NCBI GenBank assembly: GCA_964610645.1
Contig: CAZSZE010000018.1
Coordinates: 1-61,687, forward strand
Reading direction: 5' to 3'
From: an uncultured Enterobacterales bacterium
Lineage (GTDB): Bacteria > Myxococcota_A > UBA796 > CAJQPC01
DNA length: 61,687 nucleotides
The notes below the pieces were generated by a model. The model was not told the origin of the DNA. It saw nothing but the letters and a program-made list of their open reading frames with translations, and made no database searches. Positions 54,849 through 61,687 of the stretch are shown here, piece by piece (position 1 is the stretch's first letter; each line of letters begins with the position of its first letter). The position numbers and the translations under genes are program-made.

Positions 54849-57544
54849 CGTCCGGCCTCCTTCTCGCCCTGGAGGTAGGCGGATTCCAGCCCGCCCCCCA
54901 GGAGCATGCGAATGTCCTCATCGGTCAGGGCTGCGGTCACGTTCTCACTGGGAACGGTCTCCTCCTGGTACGCCGCGCTCTCGGAGTCCTCCGGAGAAAC
55001 CGGGGCTGCGGATTCCCCAGAAGGGCCCTCCTCGCCAGTCGACTCCTCCTCGGGAGCAGACTCCGGTTCGGGCTCCTGAATCTGGGTCCGGTAGACACTG
55101 GGCTCGTTGACCACGTTCATGCTGTAGCGCAAAAGACCGTTGAGCTCAGCGGCCTGCTCCTGGGTGGTCTTGCCATAGAACCGTCGCAAGAACTCCTCTC
55201 GCTGGGCCACCTTGATCCGGTAGACCTCCTCCAGGTCCTCCGGCTCGTCAATGACATGGGGGGTCATCACGATGAGCAGGTTGGTCTTGCGGGCGCTCTT
55301 TCGGCGGCCGCGGAACAGGGCTCCCACCAGGGGCAGGTCCCCCAGAAGCGGAATCTTGGTCTCCACCTCGGTCTCCGTCTGGCCCATCAGGCCACCGATC
55401 ACCACGGTCTGGTTGTCCTTGACCAACACCGTGGTCTCGGCGGAGCGTTTCGAGGTGATGAAGCCCGCCGAGTTGACATCGAGCCCGCTGGAGTCCTCCT
55501 CGATCTCCGAGACCTCCTGGAAGATCTCCAGGGTGACAAAGTCCGACTCGTTGATCTGGGGCGTGACCTTCAAGGTGATGGCCACATCCTCGCGTTGGTA
55601 CGAAATCAGCTGGTTTCCGTTGGAATCCAGGCCGGATGAAATGGGGAAGGGAATGTTCCGGCCCACGACGATCTTGGCTTCCTCGTTGTCCAGGGTGAGG
55701 ATGTTCGGGGTGGAGAGGATATTCACCATCGAGTTCGCCTGCAGCGCGTTGAGGGCCACACCAAAGGCGGGAATGGGCACGGTGGTGCCATCGCTCAACG
55801 TCACCTCGATGGAGTCCCCGAAGACCCCCATCGCCATGCCTGACAGCACGCTCTGCAGGTCCAGCCCAACACTGTTGCCGTTGAGTTGGGCGGAACCAAA
55901 GCTGAAGGCACTTCCGGAATCGCCGGGAAGGCCCATGTGCATTCCCAGCCCCAGGTTCAGGTCATCGTCCGAGGCGATCTCCATGATCACCGCCTCCACA
56001 AAGACCTGCTTGCGGCGAATGTCCAGCTTGTCGATGACCTGGCGCAGAATCGCGAAGCTCTCCGGACTGGCCACGATGACCAGGGAGTTGGTGTTCTCAT
56101 CCGCCGTCACCTTGACCCCATCCTCGAAAACCGCCGTGGGGCTCGCGCTGTCCGCAGCCGTGCCCTGGTCCCGCTCGGGCCGGCCACGACTGCTGCTGCG
56201 ACTGTTCTGGTTTCGGCTCTGGGGTTGCCGACGGCTGTTGCTTCGACTGCTGCCCCGGCTCTGGGATTCCTGGGACAGGTTTGTCAGTACCTGGGCCACA
56301 TCCTGGGCCTTGGCGTGCTCCAGGTAGACCACGTGGATCTGGGAACGGGACGAGGGATCCACATCCACATCCAGCTCCCCAATCAGGGAGAGAATGTCCG
56401 CCATGGCGGTCTCGTTGGCCTGGATGATCAGCGAGTTCGTGCGCTCATCCGCGAGAATTTTGGAGATGTACCGGCCCTCTCCAACGGAGGTGGTGGTGGC
56501 GGACCCCGCCGCGTCTTTGTCAGCCCGGCGCCGGCGCTTGCGGTCCTTCGCCGAGTTGGACTTCCGGGAGCTCGAGGTGCTCGACGCGCCTTCCCCCGCC
56601 ACCCCGTACAGGTCGGTGATGAGGCGGGCGATTTCAGCCGCCATCGCGTAGCGCACGGGCACCACCTGCAGGGTCGACCTGGGGGCGGCCACATCCAACT
56701 GGCTCACCACCTTCCACATGCGGCGGATGTTCACGGCCGAGTCGGTGACAATCAGCGTGTTCGTGGGCTGGTAGGCAATGATGTTGGCAGCCGATCCCGA
56801 GAGCTGCTTCACCACGCTGGAAATGTCGCTGACCGCCGTGTTCTCGAATTGGAAGATCTGGGTGACGAAGTTGTCGATGTAGGGGATCGTGCCCCCCTCG
56901 TAGACCCGCAGCGGGTGGGAGGCGGCTTCCCGGTCCTTGACCACCTTGGTGATCTTGCCCACGGTGACGGTGGTGTAGCCCTTGACTGCCAGAGCGGACA
57001 AGAACGCCTCGTAGGCTTCTGCTGGCGAGACCATCTGGTGGGAGATGATGGTGATCTCCCCCTTGAGATCGTCCGTGAGAATGAAGTTCCGCCCGGTGAT
57101 TTCGGCCATGAACTTCACCAGGTCCTGCAGGGGGGTGTTGACGAAGTCCAGGGTCACCTTGGAGTTGGGGGCCAGCTTGGGGGGGCGGCTCTGGTTCGCA
57201 GGGCGAGGAGGTGCGCTGGGGGTGGAAGACGAAGAGCTGCTGGACGAGGATCTGCTGGACGAGGAACGGGGTGTGGGGCCGGATGGCTTGTCGTCTCCTC
57301 CGGACGGCTTGGCGTCGTCTCCCCCGCCAGGCCCATCCTCATCGGAGCGGGAGGCTGTGGGTTTCAGGGTAGGTCGAGGCATAGAACCGCCCGGGCCGAG
57401 GCCCGGCATGAGGGGCAGCTTGCCCGCGGGTCCGCCGATCATCGGCCTGTCGTCGTCGTCCTGTGCTGCCAGCGGCGGTTGGAACACCACCAGTGCAGCG
57501 AGAACCAGCGATGTCTTCAGCAGCCAGTTTTGGATTTTGATCAC
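54845..57544 (-). CDS. gspD: Type II secretion system secretin D
   Basis: N0-N3 domains, QVFVEAVIME, LSTP..LTLDNEEA, VTPQIN, KIPLLGDLP. Confidence 0.95.
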   Translation of the reverse strand: MIKIQNWLLKTSLVLAALVVFQPPLAAQDDDDRPMIGGPAGKLPLMPGLGPGGSMPRPTLKPTASRSDEDGPGGGDDAKPSGGDDKPSGPTPRSSSSRSSSSSSSSSTPSAPPRPANQSRPPKLAPNSKVTLDFVNTPLQDLVKFMAEITGRNFILTDDLKGEITIISHQMVSPAEAYEAFLSALAVKGYTTVTVGKITKVVKDREAASHPLRVYEGGTIPYIDNFVTQIFQFENTAVSDISSVVKQLSGSAANIIAYQPTNTLIVTDSAVNIRRMWKVVSQLDVAAPRSTLQVVPVRYAMAAEIARLITDLYGVAGEGASSTSSSRKSNSAKDRKRRRRADKDAAGSATTTSVGEGRYISKILADERTNSLIIQANETAMADILSLIGELDVDVDPSSRSQIHVVYLEHAKAQDVAQVLTNLSQESQSRGSSRSNSRRQPQSRNQNSRSSSRGRPERDQGTAADSASPTAVFEDGVKVTADENTNSLVIVASPESFAILRQVIDKLDIRRKQVFVEAVIMEIASDDDLNLGLGMHMGLPGDSGSAFSFGSAQLNGNSVGLDLQSVLSGMAMGVFGDSIEVTLSDGTTVPIPAFGVALNALQANSMVNILSTPNILTLDNEEAKIVVGRNIPFPISSGLDSNGNQLISYQREDVAITLKVTPQINESDFVTLEIFQEVSEIEEDSSGLDVNSAGFITSKRSAETTVLVKDNQTVVIGGLMGQTETEVETKIPLLGDLPLVGALFRGRRKSARKTNLLIVMTPHVIDEPEDLEEVYRIKVAQREEFLRRFYGKTTQEQAAELNGLLRYSMNVVNEPSVYRTQIQEPEPESAPEEESTGEEGPSGESAAPVSPEDSESAAYQEETVPSENVTAALTDEDIRMLLGGGLESAYLQGEKEAGR

Positions 57545-57554
57545 AGCATTTCCC

Positions 57555-58484
57555 CTAGCGAACTTGGTAGCTCAGCGTCTTCTTCTTGTTCCGACGCGTG
57601 ATTTCAAAGGTGAAGGACGACTCGTTCTGGAGGCCCTGGTAGGCGTTCATGGCATCCGAGGTGCTCATGAGCGACTGGCCGTTCACGTTGTGGACGATGT
57701 CGCCGTTCTTGATGCCCAACTTGTCGAACAGCGTGCCGCGGCGAATGGCGGACAGGCGGTATCCATCGACCTCTCCCCCGGCCCCCTTGTGGGGCACCAC
57801 ACGCACCTGGGTGGCGAGCTTGTCCATGTTTTCCATGGCCTCGTCCAGGAGGGAGCGCTCCACGGTGAAGTTGTCACCATCCCGCTGGACCTCCCCATCC
57901 TCGGACCCCTTGCCCGCTCTCGCCTTGGGCTTGCCCTTGTTCTCGGACATGTCCAGGTACTCGATCTCCCCGCTGTTCCGGAGAATCACCACCCTCTTCT
58001 TTTCAATGCTGTGGATGACCCCCTCGCCCAACAGCGAGTACCCGATGCCGTAGCCGCGGGCCCGGGCGCCGCGCTTGCCCTCCACGATCAAGGCGGAACT
58101 TGAGTCCGCCGGCAAGGCCACCACCGTCGCCAGCAGCACCACGTCCAGGTCCGTGGGGCGGCCATCTTCCGTGTCGACACTCGCCACCACCGCCACCGCA
58201 TCCGGATCAAACAGGTTCCGGTCCAGGATCGGGAGGTTGTAGAACTCCTTCGAGCGGGCCTTGTTCGCCAGGGTCCGGCGGGCTCCAGCAGGCTCCGCCT
58301 CTTTCTCCTCGCTCTCCGAATCGAGTTCCTCCACCACCGCGTCTTCCGGCAGGGCCAGGAGCTTGCCCACACCCGTGCCCAGGGCGATTCCAGACAGGGC
58401 AGACACCAGAGTCACCAGGCCCAGGCCGGCCTGCACGCGGCGGGAGCGGAAAGGGTTGAGCAGCTGGTTCAACGAAATTCGCAT
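57555..58484 (-). CDS. gspC: Type II secretion system protein C with PDZ domain
   Basis: TM helix, RNLFD, HR domain, PDZ segment LGIKNGDIV..VNG; alternative start at 58493. Confidence 0.88.
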   Translation of the reverse strand: MRISLNQLLNPFRSRRVQAGLGLVTLVSALSGIALGTGVGKLLALPEDAVVEELDSESEEKEAEPAGARRTLANKARSKEFYNLPILDRNLFDPDAVAVVASVDTEDGRPTDLDVVLLATVVALPADSSSALIVEGKRGARARGYGIGYSLLGEGVIHSIEKKRVVILRNSGEIEYLDMSENKGKPKARAGKGSEDGEVQRDGDNFTVERSLLDEAMENMDKLATQVRVVPHKGAGGEVDGYRLSAIRRGTLFDKLGIKNGDIVHNVNGQSLMSTSDAMNAYQGLQNESSFTFEITRRNKKKTLSYQVR

Positions 58485-58502
58485 GGGAAGCACCCCTTAC
58501 AG

Positions 58503-58518
58503 TGCAAGGCGCGTGCCG
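58503..58518 (-). promoter_or_regulatory. Sigma-54 (-24/-12) promoter of the gsp operon
   Basis: Minus strand CGGCACGCGCCTTGCA versus consensus TGGCACGnnnnTTGCW, just upstream of gspC. Confidence 0.7.
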
Positions 58519-58559
58519 GCCAGAACGGCGGGAATTGGGGGTCCGGGAGGGCAAAAAGG

Positions 58560-58613
58560 AGACAGGTTGTCATTCGGGAGGCTGCCAGGCCCTGCCAACG
58601 TGACAAGTTGTCA
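58560..58613. promoter_or_regulatory. Paired palindromic boxes (candidate enhancer-binding-protein sites)
   Basis: AGACA-GGT-TGTCA (58560-58572) and TGACA-AGT-TGTCA (58601-58613), 41 nt apart. Confidence 0.55.
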
Positions 58614-59804
58614 AACTCCCAGAAGGGAGTCATGGGGGCCGGGAGGCGCCATCGAGTTTGGGCCGGATCCCAGCGCCTCTCCAAGCGCCTCGTAGTCCTC
58701 GCGGGTGTTGTAGACCTGGGCGGAGATTCGCACCCACATCCGGGCCCCGATCGGGTGGATCGGCACTTCGATGCGGCGGTCCTTGTAGAGCCGCCCACGC
58801 AGAGCCAGTCCCGCCTCAACGGTGGGTTCAACCTGCCAGGCATCGGGCAGGGGCAAGGTCACAAGAGAGCCGATCATGGATGCGGGCACCGGTAGCTCAA
58901 CCCCCCACAGGTTCGCGAGATGCTGCGCCCCCCACAGGACGAGGTCGTGGTTGTGGCTGCGCACTGCAGCCGGACCCAGGGACTCCATGAAATCCAGGGC
59001 AGCGGACAAGGACAGCCACGCGCTGACATCCCGGGTGCCGACCCAGTCGAATTCAGCGGTGTACCCCTGGCCGTAGCCCAGGGAGATGACCAGGGGACGG
59101 GTCTGGGCCTGGCGCTTTGGGTGGGTCCAGAGAAAGGCGCATCCCTTGGGGGCCCACATCCACTTGTGGCAGTTTCCCGTGTACCAATCCACCCCCAGGG
59201 AGGTGAGATCCAGAGGCAGCATGCCCGGCGCGTGGGCCCCATCCACACAGACGGGGATCTCCAGATCACGGCACCGGGCCACCAGCGACTCCAGGGGCAG
59301 CACCAGCCCGCTGGCAGACGTGATGTGGTCCAACACCACCAGGCGCGTGCGCTCGGAAAGAGCGCCGTCCAGGGCCTCGAGCACCGAGTCCGGTTGGCAG
59401 GGAAGAGGGAGCGTTGCCACCACAAGGCGGGCCCCGATCTCCTCGCACAGGTGCGCGGCGGCATTCTTCACCGCCGGGTAGGCATGGTCCAGGAGCACCA
59501 CCTCGTCCCCAGGCTCCAGGTCCGCTGCCCGCAAGGCGGTGTTCACGCCCGTGGTGGCGTTTTCCACAAAGACCAGGTCCTCGCCCCGGGCACCCACGCT
59601 GTCCCCAAGCCGAATCGCCGTTTCCCTGAGCAGGCCCCACAACTCCCCCAACACGAACTCAATGGGGGAGGCCTCAAACCGATCCCGCCACACCTGTTGA
59701 GCAGCCAGGACCGGAACCGGGCAGGCCCCAAAGGACCCGTGGTTCAGGAACACCAGGTCCCTGTCCAACAGGAACTGATCCCGGAGGCCGGCCCCAAACT
59801 CCAT
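58611..59804 (-). CDS. Class V PLP-dependent enzyme (isopenicillin N epimerase / Egt2-like C-S lyase)
   Basis: FLNHGSFG, NATTG, DHITS, VDGAH, GNCHKW, WVGTRD, RISAQVYN. Confidence 0.88.
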   Translation of the reverse strand: MEFGAGLRDQFLLDRDLVFLNHGSFGACPVPVLAAQQVWRDRFEASPIEFVLGELWGLLRETAIRLGDSVGARGEDLVFVENATTGVNTALRAADLEPGDEVVLLDHAYPAVKNAAAHLCEEIGARLVVATLPLPCQPDSVLEALDGALSERTRLVVLDHITSASGLVLPLESLVARCRDLEIPVCVDGAHAPGMLPLDLTSLGVDWYTGNCHKWMWAPKGCAFLWTHPKRQAQTRPLVISLGYGQGYTAEFDWVGTRDVSAWLSLSAALDFMESLGPAAVRSHNHDLVLWGAQHLANLWGVELPVPASMIGSLVTLPLPDAWQVEPTVEAGLALRGRLYKDRRIEVPIHPIGARMWVRISAQVYNTREDYEALGEALGSGPNSMAPPGPHDSLLGV

Positions 59805-60523
59805 CAGTCTCGCCTCCGCCGGCGCAGCTTCGCCGTGAAGATGACCCCCAGGGAGACCACGGCATCCTTCCAGCCGATCTTCTTGCCTTCCGAGTAGTCG
59901 CGCCCCGAATAGGAGATGGGCACCTCGTAGACCCGGCAGCCAAGGGCAGCCACCTGAGCGGTAAACTCCGGATCGAAGCCAAACCCGTTGGAGCGGAGAT
60001 CCAGGTGCTCGAGGACCTCCCTCCGGCAGACCTTGTAGCAGGTCTCCATGTCCGTGAGGTTCAGGTTGGTGAGCACGTTGGAGAGGGTGGTGAGGCCCCG
60101 GTTTGCCACGTAGTGGTGGAAGTTGTGCACCCGGTGGGGACCCCCCAGAAACCGACTTCCGTAGACCACGTCCGCCCGTCCATCCAGGATCGGCCCCAAG
60201 AGCACCCCGTATTCCCGGGGGTCGTATTCCAGGTCGGCGTCCTGCACGATGATCACGTCCCCTTGGACCTCGGCGAACCCGGTGCGCAGAGCAGCGCCTT
60301 TGCCCGCGTTGCGCTCGTGGCGGAAGAGCCGCAGGTTGTCCAGCTCTTCCGCAAGGGCCTGAAGGCGGGATGGGGTATCGTCGGTGCTGCCATCATCGAT
60401 GGCGAGAATCTCCATCCGCCAGGGCTGCTCGGCCACACGGCGCACGAGGGCCTCGACAAAATTCTCCTCGTTGTAGACGGGGATGACGACGGAGAGCAGG
60501 GGATCGTCGATGACGCGTGACAT
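59804..60523 (-). CDS. GT2 family glycosyltransferase (polyprenol-phosphate hexosyltransferase-like)
   Basis: [50 protein letters not shown]. Confidence 0.92.
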   Translation of the reverse strand: MSRVIDDPLLSVVIPVYNEENFVEALVRRVAEQPWRMEILAIDDGSTDDTPSRLQALAEELDNLRLFRHERNAGKGAALRTGFAEVQGDVIIVQDADLEYDPREYGVLLGPILDGRADVVYGSRFLGGPHRVHNFHHYVANRGLTTLSNVLTNLNLTDMETCYKVCRREVLEHLDLRSNGFGFDPEFTAQVAALGCRVYEVPISYSGRDYSEGKKIGWKDAVVSLGVIFTAKLRRRRRD

Positions 60524-61687
60524 GCTGAAGCCCCCGGACTCTACCCCAGGCCACTCTTGGCGGGCGGGAGCACTTGCCGTTCTGGGGTTGGCAACGGCGG
60601 TGCGGCTGTCCGCCCCTGGCACCCATTTCCACGCCGACCGCCTGGTCCCGGCGGATGCGGATGCCGCAATGCACACGCGGCGCGCCCTGGCGTGGGTCGA
60701 ACAATTCCCCTGGCCTCCGCTTCATGATCCCTTTCTGGGCTTTCCCGAAGGGGCGATATTCCCCTGGTCCCCCGGCTGGGATGCCGCACTGGGGCTCTTT
60801 GCCTGGATCCTGGGGGGGCTTGGAACCGGCGGACCTGGATTCCAGGTGGGACTGGCGCTTTTTCCCTTGTTCGTCGGGGTGCTCACCGTGGCCGTGGTGC
60901 TTCGGGGAGCACGGCGCCTCTTTGGCGAGCCCGCTGCCCTGGCGGCCGGCCTCATCGTGGCCCTCGCCCCCCAACACGTGGCGGCCACCCAATGGGGCCG
61001 ACCGGATCACAGCGGCGCAGAGGGCCTCTTTGTAGCGGGTCTGCTTCTAGCGCTTGCCACCGAGCGACCCTGCCGGCGGCGCGTGGCCCTGTGGACCGCA
61101 GGCGCTTGCCTCGTCTGGGTGGGCGGTTTCCTCTACGCGGTCCTTGCCGCTGCCGCCCTGACCTTGTCCCAGCTTCCCCGCCCCACAGAAACAGGCCGAA
61201 TCGGCCTCACGGGAATCGCCCTCGGCGCCGCCCTCGCCATGCCCATCGCCGCCGCCACCGGGTTGCAAGCGGGGGGACTCCTGGACTACGCCCGGCTCTC
61301 CTTGTTCCACCCCCTGGCCGTGGTGGGGGCAGCGGCTGGAGGGGCCTGGCTTCTGGCCTGGCGGTCCGGGGCGGATCCAAAGCGGCAGGTGGGCTTGGGG
61401 TGGGTCCTTCTTGCCGGGGCCCTGCTGCTGGCCGGCGCCGCCAGAACAGGGCTGGAGGATTGGCTGACCCGGGGGGACCCCTGGCTGGCAACGGTCACGG
61501 AAATGCAGCCCATGTGGGAGGGAGGGCTGCTTGCGGGAGGCATCCGATCGGTGCGCCTGCTGGGGCTCGGCTTGGTGCTGCTGCCCGTCTGCTGGGTCCA
61601 CCTGGCCCGCGCCGAGCCTGCCCCCACCACGCGGATCCTGCTCTGGGGCACCGCTGGATGCCTGGCGCTGGTGGTGATCCAGAATCG
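60522..61687 (+). CDS. STT3/AglB-like oligosaccharyltransferase, 5' part only; runs off the window edge
   Basis: Manual translation, no stop seen: [37 protein letters not shown], many TM helices, [10 protein letters not shown] (TIXE-like); start codon uncertain. Confidence 0.75.
   Translation, partial: MLKPPDSTPGHSWRAGALAVLGLATAVRLSAPGTHFHADRLVPADADAAMHTRRALAWVEQFPWPPLHDPFLGFPEGAIFPWSPGWDAALGLFAWILGGLGTGGPGFQVGLALFPLFVGVLTVAVVLRGARRLFGEPAALAAGLIVALAPQHVAATQWGRPDHSGAEGLFVAGLLLALATERPCRRRVALWTAGACLVWVGGFLYAVLAAAALTLSQLPRPTETGRIGLTGIALGAALAMPIAAATGLQAGGLLDYARLSLFHPLAVVGAAAGGAWLLAWRSGADPKRQVGLGWVLLAGALLLAGAARTGLEDWLTRGDPWLATVTEMQPMWEGGLLAGGIRSVRLLGLGLVLLPVCWVHLARAEPAPTTRILLWGTAGCLALVVIQN

Noticed and set aside
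1-61687. tRNA (including selC), rRNA, transposase, integrase or prophage genes
   Set aside because: None recognised; the window is almost fully coding and the intergenic gaps show no cloverleaf or terminal inverted repeats. A covariance-model scan was not run.

Overview
GC-rich bacterial chromosome segment, most likely from an uncultured Myxococcota-type organism. This is inferred from an AgmX/PglI-domain protein, a myxosortase-like protease, a GspN-containing T2SS, and Asp-Ala and MopE-like repeat lipoproteins. It carries about 57 genes: a GldA/F/G-DUF4340-like ABC operon, rimI, larE, a degenerate c-di-GMP module, a B12 radical SAM/carbamoyltransferase/GT-C trio, a Ser/Thr kinase, a Moco cluster (moeA-mobA-moaB-mrp-moaA), mltD, thiE, a pabB-like gene, a gspC-N type II secretion operon and an STT3-like oligosaccharyltransferase running off the right edge. 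Main observations not shown by the ORF track: (1) a selenoprotein at 268..1593 (-), a lipoprotein with a CGU motif, an fdhF-like SECIS and four CxxCH heme motifs, coupled to the ABC operon; (2) an accessory slot at 25.2-27.6 kb with an A-X-B|A-Y-B layout built from ~85%-identical fragments of both flanking genes; (3) inside that slot, three 49-nt palindromic repeats at an exact 64-nt period with unique 15-nt spacers; (4) a sigma-54 promoter with paired palindromic boxes upstream of the T2SS; (5) four genes with an identical TANNNT-N6-ATG leaderless-type start. No rRNA, tRNA, canonical CRISPR, integrase or transposase was recognised. All family calls are from motif reading by eye; no database search was run.
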